NCBI GenBank assembly: GCA_965153355.1
Contig: OZ231126.1
Location: 45,632,001 to 45,696,000, forward strand
Reading direction: 5' to 3'
Origin: Flaccisagitta enflata
Taxonomy: Eukaryota
DNA length: 64,000 nt
In this document: positions 1 to 14,720 of the stretch, in pieces
Layout: the number at the start of each line of letters is the position of its first letter
Position numbering within the stretch: position 1 is the stretch's first letter
The notes under the pieces: model-generated
Database searches by the model: none
Seen by the model: only the letters and a program-made list of their open reading frames with translations
Told to the model about the DNA's origin: nothing
Translations under genes and position numbers: made by a program

Positions 1-413
1 GGTCGTGCAACTATATACACCCCTGCTTTTATGTACAAAAAATTCCTTATTATATCGGTTTTAAGAACTGGAACGCTCCTGGGGACACTCTCAGACAAAG
101 GCTCTGCATTTTCTATACAAAATCATTGATAACCATTTTCTCTCTTTTATATTCATTCCAGAAATTTTTCATGATTTCTTTCTCGTTTTCGTTCTTCTTT
201 CAAATTCTTTCAATGATTCGCTTTCTTTTTTTCTTTTTCATTTCTTTTCCAATTCTACAACTGCAGGATGCGCTATTGTGATTGTGCAGCGGTCCCAAGC
301 GACAAAACGAGGAATTAATCACAAAATGGACGAAACAAAAAGGCAAACGGCGATTGTTCGCTTTCATACGTTGTTGTTGTTGTGCAGCTTCTTTTTCTCT
401 TCTTCTTCTTCTT

Positions 414-631
414 TTTTTAGTCGCGTGCACGCGACTCTACAACCCGCTTTGTCGGTCCGTCCATCCGTCGGTCCGTCGGTCCGTCCGTCCGTCCGTCCGT
501 CCGTCACACTTTACTTTTTTGGGTTTTTGCGGTCTTTGGCCTCACTGCTCCTGCCCAAATGATGGAGTGGTCTCAAATATGGCCCCTGCCCACCCGCACG
601 CGACTTGGGTAGCCGTGTATCCGGCCTTGTT
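414..631 (+). mobile_element. Non-autonomous Helentron/DINE-1-like element (HINE), family A
   Basis: T-run, then AGTCGCGTGCACGCGACT 5' palindrome, (GTCC/GTCG)n tract, 3' subTIR GCACGCGACT, hairpin GCCGTGTATCCGGC and CTTGTT end; no TSD. Confidence 0.8.
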
Positions 632-652
632 CTTTTTCTTTTTCTTTTTCTT

Positions 653-821
653 TTTTAGTTGCGGACACGCAACTCTATAATGGGCTTTGTCCTGGTCGGT
701 CCGTCCGAGGTCCGCTGTCCGTCATCCATCGGTCCGTTGGTCCGTGAGCACGAATCAAAAGGGAAACGCGCATATCCGCCCCTGCCCAGTCAGCTCCTGT
801 ATGCAGGTGTATGGCCTTGTT
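653..821 (+). mobile_element. HINE-like element, family B (AGTTGCGGACACGCAACT)
   Basis: Same architecture as the copies at 8640, 38768 and 50335; degenerate 3' end. Confidence 0.7.
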
Positions 822-1699
822 TCTTTTTCTTTTCTTTTTTTTCTTTTTTCTTTTTTCTTTTTCTTTGTTCTTTTTTCTTTTTTCTTTTTTCTTTTTTCTT
901 TTTTCTTTTTTCTTTTTTCTTTTTTCTTTTTTCTTTTTTCTTTTTTCTTTACATCTTCTTTTTCTTCTTTTTCTTCTTCTTCTTCTTCTCCTTCTTATTC
1001 TTCATCTTCTTCTTCTTCTTTTTCTTCTTCTTCTTTAGCCCATTTGATATTTTGTCCGTTTGTTTTTCTATTTTGCACGCCAAATACAATCGTCCCTTGG
1101 AATCCCTTCCATTTTTTTTTGTTCTCTTCTCTCCGATGGTTTTGATTCATTTATCCCATTCAGAAATAGAGAACGGCCGCTTGGACAATCGTTCTTAGTT
1201 TTTGTCGTGGACAATTGTAAGAATTTGAATAGCTCCTGGGTCTTGTCTCTCCTCTTTTTCTGCATTCATTTGTTTATTCGTTTGCCGTCTGCTTTCAGCG
1301 GACAAAAGAACTACAGTTATACCCCGCTTTAACGGGTCCTAGAGCAACTATAACAGGTATGAGTTTTTGGTACCTTCATGTCATTTTTTTTTTTTTTGAA
1401 TATTTAAGTTGGCAATAATGGAAATACGCCTATAATGGATGAAATTTGTTGGTCCCATGACAGCTGTTATTGTAGGTTAAACCTCGCTCCAAGGGAACCG
1501 CTTTTAACAGAATTCTGCTTGTAATATATGCTAAGTTTTTGTTTCTTCAACTTGTTTTCTTTTATTTCATATCACATATGTTTGCTCAAACACAATGCTC
1601 TTTATGACAGATAAGATTAGTTTGTCCCTTGAAATCCATTGGAGTGGGATTCAACTGTAGCATTTTTCTTTCTCCTAGTTTTTTGTGTGATTATAATTC

Positions 1700-1905
<206 letters not shown>

Positions 1906-2219
1906 TTTTTTGATGATAATAGGAGATGCCTTGTTGCCTTTGAAATTCTGCGAGGTCTCATGACGCCCCTTATTAGGCCATGGCATTGATATTTTTTTCA
2001 TGAAAGACTTGTCAATGCGTGTCGATATCATGTCTGTATGAAAATAAAGCATATAATGATGAAAAAAAAAAGCATATGAATATTTTCTTACCCATGCCGA
2101 AAGATCCGAATAAAACAAAAATTCATTACGTGTATAATTTCATAGTTGTTGTTGTTTTCTCACTTTTCTCTTTTCCTTTTTCTATTGTTATCCCTGATTT
2201 CTTTTTTTTTTTTCTTTCA

Positions 2220-2256
<37 letters not shown>

Positions 2257-3717
2257 GCACTTCATCTCTCCCTCTCTCCCTCTTTTTTCCCTTTCTCTAC
2301 TATTTTTTCTCTCTCTTTGTTCTAACTTGGTGGTTCAGTCACCTTTGAAAATCTCTGCAAGTTTACTCAGGCGTAACAACTGTCGCACCTCATTGGACAT
2401 GGGATTCTCCAATCAGGTACTAAGGGAAGGGGGGGGGCTCTGAAATAGACTGAGGGGGGGGGATGGAGTTGTGGTGGCCCAGCACTGATGGGTGTCATAA
2501 AGAAAAAAAACTTGAAGTGAAACCGGTGAGGTGGGAGAGAGGTTGGTTGTGCCGTCTTGTCCATAAAATCCTAAATGAACGGACAGCACAAAAGAAGCGT
2601 AAACATAAAAAGACAGTGAAAGACTGTAACTGTTAGACAAGTAAGACTACAATAACCGGATTTGTGCCATTTCAAAGAGTTGTTTAAAAGCTTCAAGGCA
2701 ATCTGGAGAAAGTAAAATGGAAATCGTTGAACGTGGTTGGGACATAACACTTTTCTCAGGAGTGTATTGGATGAATCTGTATGATGTGTGCAACAATTCA
2801 TCCTATATAAAACTCATACAATTATCCAAATAAGAAACATTGAACTTTAAAGAAAATCTGAAAAAATACGGACATTTATATAGTGTAAGCTTCCATTACA
2901 TACACATACATACCTAAAATATGGTTTTTTGAAACGCTATCAAAAATCCTCAGGTATATACTTTTTACTAAATGTGTCATATTTCTTCTATTTAAAACAA
3001 AATTTTAAGAGCATTTTAGAAAAATATATAAAACATTTTAGGGGAAGGGTATAGTTAGAGCTGTCCTATGGGGTGGATGGGGGGGGGGGGTCGGAGAACT
3101 GTTTGGGTAGCAGAGAGGGTAAATAACCCACGAACAGAACAGAAAGCCGGAGATGGTGGGTGAATGTGATAATGGCAGGTGCCGACAAAGGAAAAAAAAA
3201 AGAGGCGGAAGAGCTTGTTGGTTGCGGTACTCGCTGGAATATTTTTACTTTTAACAACTTCACTTTTACTACTTGACGACTACACCGACGACGCCAACAA
3301 CAACGACGGCGACAAAGGTGACGACGATAACGACGATGACGACGAGGAGCTACGTTTTTTTTCAAACTTGCAAATGATTTGAGGGCCGTAAACGTGTGGA
3401 GTTACTCTCAGGCTCTCGGTTGCTCTCAGTTGCTCTCTGTTCTCTCGATCTCGCGAAGGTTCCTCACCTTTTGCGTAGGAGTGGCTTTTTTTCGATTGAA
3501 AGAACAGACCTTGATTTAGATTCGCTGAGAACCTACGTGAATCGTGTACGTGTCTGCGTGTGTGCAAGTCTGCGTGTAAATGACTATGCGTGTACGACAT
3601 TGCGTGTTAGAGGCAACGCAAAAAAAAAAAAAAAACTACTCAAGCGGACACAAACGCGCGCCTCACGTGTAGATTGCACGCATTATCTGTGGCTTGGGCT
3701 TCACAGACTTTATTAGC

Positions 3718-3807
<90 letters not shown>

Positions 3808-4124
3808 TGTTGCCACACATGATCATCCACGTTGCCGGTATTTCCGCTGGACTGGAGTTCGAAAACGTTAACGACGCGAACGGACGGACGACGAATAACG
3901 AATGACGCTCCCGCATTTCTGATCATACCTCATTACACAGCTTTGTTTTATGACAGAAGATGCACCTCGAGTGGTTTGCTTTATGGTGAAATGTCAAATA
4001 GAGTTGCCTTTTCTCTTTATCGTCTCAGGAGCGCTTGCGGAATCAGTCAGTAATATCAAGAGTCCACACGTCCACAGTTCTCTGGTCTGCACTAACTCTT
4101 TAGTAGCCGCGCACGTCATTGCAG

Positions 4125-4333
4125 TTTTTAGTCGCGTGCTACGCGACTCTACACCCCGCTTTGTCGGTCCGTCCGTCGGTCTGTCTGTCCGTCCGTCGGT
4201 CCGTCCGTCCGTCACACTTTACTTTTTTGGTTTTTTTTGCATTCTTTGGCCTCACTGCTCCAGCCCAAGTGATCAAGTGACCTCAAATACGGCACCCGCA
4301 CGCGACTGGGGTAGCCGTGTATCCAGGCTTGTT
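4125..4333 (+). mobile_element. HINE-like element, family A
   Basis: Highly similar to 414-631 over its whole length. Confidence 0.8.
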
Positions 4334-4422
4334 TTGGGTGCATCTATTCCTGATACTGCCTAGTCCTACCTTTCATGCAATTGCAAAACTTGCGTTCATT
4401 CCTTGCTATCAAGCTCCACCTC

Positions 4423-4492
<70 letters not shown>

Positions 4493-6180
4493 TCATTGGC
4501 ATACAGTTTTGTCATTCGCCAAAGCCGCTTGTGTGTGTGTGTGCGGCTCCCGTGAATAGGAGGTTTTTTGAATCTACGGTTTGAGTCTATGGTGAATCAA
4601 ATTCTACATCTTATTCTTCATCTTATTCTTATGCTATGGAATTTCATTTCAATCTCTCTTTCTCTAGCTCACTCTCTCTTTCCTCTCTCTCCGTCTTCTG
4701 AATAGGAGCATCGGTTGTATGATGAATTTTGAGACTATTCTCGTAACGAGAAAGAAGTGTTTCCTGCGTTACTTCTACGGCAGGTTTACCCCCCAAAGAT
4801 ACAGTTACGGCACCACGCGCAGATAAGCTGCAAGCGCGTCTTCGGATCTTTTCACGTGTTTTGGATGATCATATTCTTTTACCTTTGGGACTCGAAGGAG
4901 AGAGAGAAAGAGAGCTGGGTAAAGGGAAACGGGTGAAACGGTGAAACGGAGAGTTGGAAGATGAAGAAGGAAGCTGTGAAGAATTTGGGACACTGTTGTG
5001 TAAATATGAATGTGAATTACGGGTGGCAATTATCGGAGGCAATTGGCGGGGACGAGGGAAAAGAATGGGCTGGGTAGTAGCCCTAGAATGTACGCATACA
5101 GGGATTGGGGAGGAAGATTGGCTGCGACATACTGTCAAATAGGGACAAAGCAATGTAAAGAGCTAACTTCACAGTTCGCACATGGAACGAAACGGAAAGT
5201 TAGCAAGATAGTGCAGAGACCAATGTGTCGCATTTAGGTCCCTCCAAATCGTCCAATGTCCGTCTGTCCGTCCATTTACCTGCCCATTCTTCCATCCGTA
5301 AAATCATAACATTGTTTGTGAGTTTTAGATGTTGTAGTTCCTCTCCATTTCCCCCAAAAAATAACCTCCATGGAAATACTATGCAGAAAAATAAAAGAGT
5401 ATTTTTCCTTCAACTTTATTATTATTACGCGAATCACAAAAAAAAACCGCACCTCTTTATCCATTGATAAAACAGATGAAAAAATCATTTGAACTATTTT
5501 TAGTTGAGTCATTTTCAAAGACTTTCAAAAACATCTTCCATTCTAGACCAGTCCCAGCCTCCCAGGTCTGTATCTCAAACAGTTTAGAAGCTAGAGCTCT
5601 GCAAAGAGAGGCACTATTTTGATAAAATGCACTTTTTACATAAGGATTGCAAAACTGAAATATGCAACAAATAAATAACAAACTACAAACTACAAACTAA
5701 TAACGTTTCTAAACGAAAAAAAAATGCCAGATTGGCTTCAAATGAAAGTACTTTCAAAGGGCTTCAAAACGGTCAAAGATTTTAATTAGTTCTTCCAAGA
5801 TTGATCAGTAAAAAAAGCTATTCAAAAGTGCGTCTTTTTTAGTCTTATGGTACTAGTATTCTGGTACATTTGGTCGCATTGCTTAAAAGCACGACTTACC
5901 AATGGACGAAAGGACGAACAGATTGGCCGCTTCTATAAATGGGAGGGAAGAAAGAAAACTTGATAAGAAGAGCCATATTACGAATCAGATAAAGAAACGT
6001 AAGAGCGGGACGTGCTGGCGTGGGCAGAGGCAACGAGTGTGCACGCAGACACACGCTCGTGGGCCGTAGGACGTGCGGGGATGGGACGTGCCACGTAAAA
6101 AGGCTTTTGTGAAGGTGAGTAAAAATACTACTATCATGAAAATATCTCGTTCTTTTTTTTTTCTGATGAGAGCCGAACCG

Positions 6181-6317
<137 letters not shown>

Positions 6318-6475
6318 AGGTCGTCTATCGGAGGGAGGGGGCAGAGCAAGCGTCTGAAAGATCCATTGAAGGCGAATTTCTTTGTCAGGTTGCTTCAAGC
6401 GTCTAGAGAGTCAAGGTTGTGACCCCCTTTAGTCGGGTCACACCTTCAGACGAGCGAAAAAAACGTGAGTAGCAG

Positions 6476-6567
<92 letters not shown>

Positions 6568-7400
6568 GGGTGAAAATAGCTTGAGGTGGAGGATAAGGTG
6601 GGAAAAAAAAATTAAGATACATTCTCATACAAAAAGTCATACACTTATTTCTTTTTTTCGCTTGGGGGTATAGCTAAATGCGTAGCAAAGGACCCACCAC
6701 CCATGTAGATCCGTCAGTTGTTTCATTTCTGTCGTTTCTCATAGCCTTTTTATCTTCCCATCTTTGTTCCTCTACAAAAGAAGTTTTTGTTAGTTTTACC
6801 TTCTGTCATAGAAAAGAATCTCAGACCCGGCCGAAGCCGAACAAACTGGGCCATCGATTTTATCAGTGGATCCAGGGCAAAAATTCGTCTCAACGGAAAG
6901 AATAACAAACAACTTTGCTAATCGATTATTGATTGAACACTTTTTTTCCTTTTCTTTTCACCTCGTTCTTGTGAATACTCAACCTCTTATGCTTCTTCTT
7001 CTTCTTTTTCTTTTTCTTCTTCTTCTTCTTCTTCTTCTTCTTCTTTTCTTTTTTGCATGATGTGTTCCTTTCTTTGAGGGGGATATTTATGCTCCCAATA
7101 TAGTAGTCATGGAGCCAAAGAGTAAAAAGATTGTAAAGATTGCCTCACGTAAAGAGTTTCAGTTCAATCTTTCTTCTTGCGTATTTTTTCTCATATCTGC
7201 CTCATTCTCTCCTCTGTCATCCTTCTACCTTTCTTACTATTCATTTGTATTTGTATGTTGATGTCTTATATTTGTCTGTATGTCATTCTATTCATCGGGA
7301 TGACTCCCACTTATTTCCATCTGTAGTCTGTGTAATTGTATTACTTTGTCTGTCTGCGTCTATCTCGCTACCTGTACCTCTTCTCTGTCGCACTGCCTGC

Positions 7401-7492
<92 letters not shown>

Positions 7493-7815
7493 CACACTTT
7501 TCTTTCACCTTTTCTTGCCATTACGAGTTGCATCATCTATCATGGGCATCAAAGGCTGGCCTCAAAACGAAAAAGGATTTCCCTTCAACAAAACCTCGCT
7601 TGATTTTTTTTTTCTTGTTAAATATTTAAATTGCAATCATCGTTGGTTTTGATGCGGAGGGCGTAGTGCGGAGTGCAGAGTGCGGAGGCCAAACGTAAGC
7701 TGATTACTTCCGGGATCCCACCTTTCATGTATGCCTTGCATATTTTCGGTGTACAACTGGACGGCAAATATCACTAGAAAAGGTTAAAAACACACCATGG
7801 TAGTTCATGCAATTA

Positions 7816-7990
7816 CAAGTTTCACCCCGCTATAACGGAACCAAAAGTAACGGCTGATGATGGACAAAGAATCTTTGTCCCTTTCATGACAGGTTTTTTC
7901 AATTTCTTTTACTGGCAATAACAGAAATCCGCCAATAACAGAAAAGATTTGTTGGTCTTTAGACATTCTTTATAGCGGGGTTCAACATTA
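7816..7990. mobile_element. Short pogo/Tigger-like MITE (duplicated at about 10083-10257; relatives at 1312-1659, 38950-39003 and 43500-43544)
   Basis: ACCCCGCTATAA ... TTATAGCGGGGT inverted termini. Confidence 0.6.
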
Positions 7991-8639
7991 CTAGCTTAGT
8001 GGCGGGTCAAGCGCATTGAGCTAAGAACTAGAAAGGAATCCCCATTTCAAGGAATGAATAAACTACTATACCATTTGTCGATCCATTACAATCTACTGTA
8101 ACATAACAGAATTCAGGGAATTGTTTTTATATTTTGCCACCCGTAAGGGTTATTCACCATCTGTGCACGCCACTCTCACAGTAAGAGTCCCACTTGAGAG
8201 TTGAAAAAAAAGTTGGATCTCTGTAAATCTACATAGACTATCAACAAGACTTCAAGTTGGAATACGCGCACATACGCTCACGCACACACGCACACACGCA
8301 AACTTAGTTGATGGCAGGCAGAAACTGACACGCACAATCACGAGCACGTAATGGTATACGTGCGCGCAGCTATGAAAGCAAAATGGACAATACACCACGG
8401 ACAAGATGGGCTCCATGGACCTGAGAGATATACTTATTCACGTTTTTTTTCCTTCGGGGTCAAGAAACGTTCTGCAGCCACATTCACTTCTTTTCTTTCT
8501 GTATGTCTGTCTCTGTCTCTGTCCCTTCGTCACCAACCCTCTGTCTCTCTTCTTGTCATTCTATCGTCAGTCTCTGTTTCTAACAATATGTCCCCGCCCC
8601 TTCCATTCCATGTCTCTCTGTCTTCCTCTCTGTTCTTCT

Positions 8640-8784
8640 TTTTTTGTTGCGGACACACAACTCTATAAGAGCCTTTGTCCGTCCGTCCGTCGGTCCGTGA
8701 GCATGAGTCGAAAAGTGTGAAAACGCGCATTTCCGCCCCTGCCCACCCGTCCGCAACTGGTCTGGCCATGTATCCGGCCTTGTT
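8640..8784 (+). mobile_element. HINE-like element, family B
   Basis: TTGCGGACAC...GTCC tract...CCGTCCGCAACT...GTATCCGGCCTTGTT. Confidence 0.75.
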
Positions 8785-8850
8785 TCCGTCTGTCTGTCTG
8801 CCTATCTGTCAATCTCAACACTTATTCTTTTTCTTTGTAACATTCACACT

Positions 8851-8931
<81 letters not shown>

Positions 8932-9141
8932 CACTTTGACCTTTGGTTCGTAACAGGATTCCTTTACAAATTTTTGTTGAGGTCATTCCTCCTCTTTTTT
9001 TCCTGGTCTCATATTATCTAAAGAGAAATTCCTGCTTCTTTCGCTTTCTTGCCTGCCAGTGATGATCTGGAGGTGATGGATCTTTTTTGCAAAAGAACCT
9101 TTTCTCTTTATTTTGCTTCCTTTTCTTCTTTTTTTTATATC

Positions 9142-9615
9142 CTTCTTCTTCTTCTTCTTCTTCTTCTTCTTCTTCTTCTTCTTTGTCTTCTTCTTCTTCT
9201 TCTTCTTCTTCTTCTTCTTCTTCTTCTTCTTCTTCTTCTTCTTCTTCTTCTTCTTCTTCTTTTTCTTCTTCCTCTATTTCTTTTTCTTCTTCCTCTTCTT
9301 CCTCTTCTTCCTCTTGTTCCTCTTCTTCTTCTTCTTCTCCTTCTTCTTCTTCTTCTTCTTCTTCTTCTTCTTCTTCTTCTTCTTCTTCTTCTTCTTCTTC
9401 TTCTTCTTCTTCTTCTTTTTTTTCTTCTTCTTTTTTTTCTCCTACCTAATCTTCTAATTCTTCTTCTTAAACTCCCTCTTCTTCTTTTTCCTCTGCTTCT
9501 AGTTGTTCCACTGCTTCTTTTTCTTCTTTATCTGCTTCTTCTTCTTCTCCTTCTTCTTCTCTTTCTTCTTTTTCTTCTTCATCATCTTTTTTTCCTTCTT
9601 CTCCTTCTTCTTCAT
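9142..9615. repeat. (CTT)n microsatellite and degenerate extension
   Basis: Direct inspection. Confidence 0.95.
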
Positions 9616-10458
9616 GTACTTTTCTTTTTCCACATCTTTTTTCCCTCCCTTTTGTGTTCCTGCGTGGAAATGTGGATATATAAGCTCGTTGATGTGCGTG
9701 ATCTCTCGCTGCCGCTGCCGCAGCGATCAAAGGCCAAAAAACGGTTCTAAATGGTTTAGCTTAATAATATGGCTTGAGCAAAAAGAAAAAAAAAAGAGCA
9801 TGATATCTCACAACGGATGCTGTTTTTCTCAAAGATTGTAAAAGAATCCAAAAACAAAACTTAGGTTTAAAGCTAAAGCTAGTCTTTGACTAAGAGCGTG
9901 CATGTGCTTATCAATTTTTGGATGCGCAAAAAATTTAAAAAAAAAAAGAAGAAAAAAAACTATGTAGGCCACTTTTGGTCGATCTGTCCGCCATCTCATT
10001 TTATGAGTGAAGTAACGACATTTGTGGACGGCAAATATCACTAGAAAAGGTTAAAAACACACCATGGTAGTTCATGCAATTACAAGTTTCACCCCGCTAT
10101 AACGGAACCAAAAGTAACGGCTGATGATGGACAGAGAATTTTTGTCCCTTTCATGACAGGTTTTTTCAATTTCTTTTACTGGCAATAACAGAAATCCGCC
10201 AATAACAGAAAAGATTTGTTGGTCTTTAGACATTCTTTATAGCGGGGTTCAACATTACTAGCTTAGCGGCAGGTCAAGCGCGTTGAGCTAAGAACTAGAA
10301 AGGAATCCCCATTTCAAGGAATGAATAAACTACTATACCATTTGTCGATCCATTACGATCTACTGTAACAGAACAGAATTCGGGGAATTGTTTTTATATT
10401 TTGCCACCCGTAAGGGTTATTCACCATCTGTGCACGCCACTCTCACAGTAAGAGTCCC

Positions 10459-10489
<31 letters not shown>

Positions 10490-11684
10490 CTTCTTCTTCT
10501 TCTTCTTCTTCTTCTTCTTCTTCTTCTTCTTCTTTTTCTTTTTTTTCTTCTTCTTCTTTTTCTTCTACCTAATCTTCTTATTCTTCTTCTTAAACTCCCT
10601 CTTCTTCTTTTTCCTCTGCTTCTAGTTGTTCCACTGCTTCTTTTTCTTATTTATCTGCTTCTTCTTCTTCTCCTTCTTCTTCTCTTACTTCTTTTTCTTC
10701 TTCATCATCTTTTTTTCCTTCTTCTCCTTCTTCTTCATGTACTTTTCTTTTTCCACATCTTTTTTCCCTCCCTTTTGTGTTCCTGCGTGGAAATGTGGAT
10801 GTATAAGCTCGTTGATGTGCGTGATCTCTCGCTGCCGCTGCCGCAGCGATCAAAGGCCAAAAAACGGTTCTAAATGGTTTAGCTTAATAATATGGCTTGA
10901 GCAAAAAGAAAAAAAAAAAAGAGCATGATATCTCACAACGGATGCTGTTTTTCTCAAAGATTGTAAAAGAATCCAAAAACAAAACTTAGGTTTAAAGCTA
11001 AAGCTAGTCTTTGACTAAGAGTGTTTATGTGCTTATCAATTTTTGGATGCGCAAAAAATTTAAAAAAAAAAAAGAAGAAAAAAAACTATGTAGGCCACTT
11101 TTGGTCGATCTGTCCGCCATCTCGTTTTATGAGTGAAGTAACGACATTTGTTACCAGATCCAAGACCATAGGCTGGAAAATGTTGCCATTTTGTTTAAGA
11201 AATGCAACCCTTAACCCTTAATACTAGTCTACAGTATCTAAGCTCAGAATGGAGTCCATAGTTTGATTGTATGTCCCACCTGAGGCCCGTACAGGCCAAG
11301 GCTTTTCCCGGCTTAGAAAATGTGTAAAAATTGTTGTTTCCCAGATCTCATAAATAAACAGGTCATTATACAGCATGGATTTTTGGTTAAATTTCCCAGC
11401 TAATTCCTACTGGAGTTTCCCATCCATGACCGATAGGTGGTGAGATTTTCTACGTAATCGAAGCACCTTATTATGCCATACTTGTACAAAAGTACAACGG
11501 CCATGAAATTGACTCTTATCATCTGTGCTTCCGCTGGTGTATTGAAATGGCTAATGTTGCTTGTCTGAGTGGTAGTAGTAATTATTTTGCTAGCCCTGAG
11601 TAAGTTTTCTTTGGTTCTATGGCTAACAGATTCGGCATTGTATGGAAAAAACGATGAAAAAGTCAATACTATGATTTTGATTGT

Positions 11685-12064
11685 TTACTACACCCCGCTT
11701 TGTCGGTCGGTCCGTCCGTCCGTCCGTCCGTCCGTCCGTCACACTTTACTTTTTTTTGGGTTTTTGCGGTTTTTGGCCTTACTGTTCCTGCCCAAATGAT
11801 CTGGTGACCTCAATTTCTGCCCCTGCCCACCCGCACGCGACTGGGGTAGCCGTGTATCCGGCCTTGTTAGTCACAGACGCGAGTTTTTTATCAGTCCGCC
11901 CGTCCGTTGGTCCATCCGTCAAGCTCGAGTTTAAAAGGGTGTAAACGAGCATTCAAGATGCAAAGGTTTTGAGTGTGTGGGGGGGGAGATGAGAGGGGGA
12001 GGGGGAAGGGGTGTTGCGCCCCTGCTCTTGTCTGCGACGCTATTGTAGCCCCGCGCTACTTGTT
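11685..12064 (+). mobile_element. 5'-truncated family A HINE followed immediately by a long family B variant
   Basis: 11685-11867 matches the family A body and 3' end. 11866-12064 matches the long variant seen at 23501 and 24512 (G-rich middle, CCCCGCG..CTTGTT end). Confidence 0.65.
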
Positions 12065-12590
12065 GATAAGCAATAAACAATATTCATACCGCTACGACTA
12101 TGCTTGTACTATATTTTTTTCTTATCTATTTAGAATAAAGAAAGAAGAAAACTTCAAAGCGACCGAATTGGAATTGTCCCAAAAATGTCTTTATCTCGAG
12201 GAAGAATCTCAAAATCCGTTTTGAAAAACAAGAAAATGATTCGTTTCTCCCTGAACGAAGTTAAGGCGCTCGGTTGTGTTTTGTTCTAATTCTGTGTGTT
12301 AACTGCGAGGCAAAAAAAGTCCAGAACGAACGGACTACCGAACTAACACCTCAAAATAACCTTTACTTCAGAGGAAAGAAGGGGATGAACAAGTTGTCCG
12401 AGGATCGGAAATGCCCCGCGGTATTCGTGTCCTGCTCAGTCTAGATCGCAAGATTCTGGTTTTGAGGTCATAATCCAATGTTTTAATGTCCATTTCAAAG
12501 TCCAACGATGATGATATATGGATATATTGATGTATGGACATGGTCAAGGAAATTTGCCCCGGTCTTTAAACAAGATATCATCACCGACAA

Positions 12591-12767
12591 AACAAGGCCG
12601 TATACACTCCCCCCCAGTCGCGGACGGGTGGGCAGGAGTGGAATGGCGAGAAAACGCGAGAAAACGCGAGAAAACGCGAGAAAACGCTCCGACTTTGTTT
12701 CTGTTACAGACAGACCGACCGACAGACCGACATAGCAAGTTCTAGACTCGCGAGTCGGCGACTAAAA
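12591..12767 (-). mobile_element. HINE-like element (A/C-related variant)
   Basis: Reverse complement of the GTATACGGCCTTGTT end and of a TTTTAGTCGCCGACTCGCGAGT start; GACC/GACA tract. Confidence 0.65.
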
Positions 12768-12935
12768 CGTAAAAGGTCCACGTCCACCGTTGGCATCGGT
12801 CTAGGTAGCAAACGAGCGGGTGAATCAATAACCTTAATTTGGCCCCTAATTTGCCCTCTTACTCCCGATTCAAGCTACTTCTGACTCGGGAACGAAGCGA
12901 AGAGAGACCTGTCCGTGCATTTCTTAAGCGAAGTA

Positions 12936-12988
<53 letters not shown>

Positions 12989-13465
12989 CTATTTTGACAG
13001 ACAGAAAAAGAGACAGCGATACAGAGGAGCAAACAGGCAGATTAACAGGCAAATGATAAAACAGACATATAGGCTGAAAAACGGGCACAGACAGACGGGC
13101 AGAATGACAGGCTGATTGACGTACTCATTGAAAGACAAAATCATAGACAGATTGACAGAAAGACTGAGAGATAAACCGACAGAAAGAAAGAGAGTGAGTA
13201 TGTGTAGTGAAAAGGGAAGAGGACAGGGAGTCAGTGTAAGAAAGATGTAAAAATCCATGCGCAGAAAGGGCAAATAAAGTAAGGCGAGGATACCGAATCT
13301 CGGCTTTTGGGTTTTTGGGTTTATATCTATGGACCGAGTCATCATTGGTGGCGATGGGTAATTTTATTGAAAAACCGATCAGCCTACAATTTCTTTTAAT
13401 CCCTTTCGGGGCTGATTTCTGAATAAATCCCGTTGGTTTCGACCTTTTTGAAGATGTTTTTGCTG

Positions 13466-13641
<176 letters not shown>

Positions 13642-14028
13642 TTTCTTGTTTTTATTGTTGTTGTTATACACATCTCTTTGCGGCTCTTTCTTCTTCATGT
13701 CTACTCATCCCTCTCAGACTATAACCACGCAAATTCTTGGTTTCAAAATTTGCTTGATCGTGATTCATGAGTCATCTCGAATCGGAATCAGTCCAAGAGG
13801 CTTACAATCTAGATTAAGATCAAGGAGAATCGACAAACGTGGTGCAGCAAACTGCGTTTTGTTTGCCGGATTAGGAGACGGTTTGCATTTGGTCACCGAC
13901 TTTCATGACTGCAGACTTAGGCCCACTGATATTGTTGTAAAATACAAAAGCTTCACTGAATATAGTGATTTATCATTTGGTCCTTGCAATAGTTCGAAAA
14001 TCCCCTTTTCGATTATTTTTCTCTTTTA

Positions 14029-14137
14029 ATTTGCGGCATCGCATCTCTATAAGAGGGTCTGTCCGTCGGTCCGTCTGTCCGTTACGCTTCCTCTAATATC
14101 ACGCAGATGACGCATCGATTTGCCCGCCAGGGCTTGT
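14029..14137 (+). mobile_element. Short HINE-like element, family D
   Basis: GCATCTCTATAAGAGGGTCTGTCCGTC...GACGCATCG..GCCCGCCAGGGCTTGT, as in 19211-20127. Confidence 0.55.
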
Positions 14138-14379
14138 AAATATGCTTACCCCCAAATGATTTCGTGCACCCAAACGAGGGCTTTTTTAAAGCACAGTTGA
14201 ACCTTCAATTTTGCCAGTCTTTTCATTCTTTCGTTGACCCTAATCACCCTCCTCTCTTTCGTTCATTATCCACCTTAAAATATTAACACCAAGTCACAAG
14301 ATGGATTTTGATGATTTCACCTTCGACACCCTTACTCCTCTCCACCATCAGTGATCAGTGATCAGTGTCCATCATCTGC

Positions 14380-14720
14380 CATCGTCACTATTTCTCCCTC
14401 TTCCCTTCCACTTCTCTATCCACCATCATTTCCTTCCAAACCCCCCCTTCACAACTCCACCTTCTCCACAACCACCGCAACCTCCCTCTACCCTTCCATC
14501 GTCACTATTTCTCCCTCTACCCTTCCCCCTCTCGCCACCATCATTCCCTTCTTAACCCCCACCCACAACACCACCTTCCACACACACCCCGCAACCTCCC
14601 CCTACCCTTTCATCGTCACTATTTCTCCCTCTACCCTTCCACCTCTCTCCACCATCATTTCCATTTTAACCCCCACCCCACAACTTCACCTTACCCACAC
14701 CCACCGCGACCTTCCACACT
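14380..14720 (+). repeat. C-rich ~115-bp tandem repeat, 3 units
   Basis: CATCGTCACTATTTCTCCCTCT recurs at about 14380, 14497 and 14611. Confidence 0.8.

Larger units (their letters stand above)
7759..11151 (+). repeat. Tandem segmental duplication (period 2267 bp); second copy internally deleted
   Basis: 7759-8195 = 10026-10462 and about 9420-10025 = about 10545-11151, with only scattered substitutions. Confidence 0.9.

Noticed and set aside
414-631. tRNA-derived SINE interpretation of the short interspersed families
   Set aside because: No recognisable A/B boxes, poly-A tail or TSD; the subterminal inverted repeats and 3' hairpin fit the HINE/DINE-1 layout better.
4805-5029. Minus-strand ORF ending VPKVKEYDHPKHVKRSEDALAAYLRVVP
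   Set aside because: No recognisable family and no convincing exon partners.
11211-11690. TTAA-CCCTT as a possible piggyBac-type left end
   Set aside because: No matching AAGGG-TTAA right end was found nearby.
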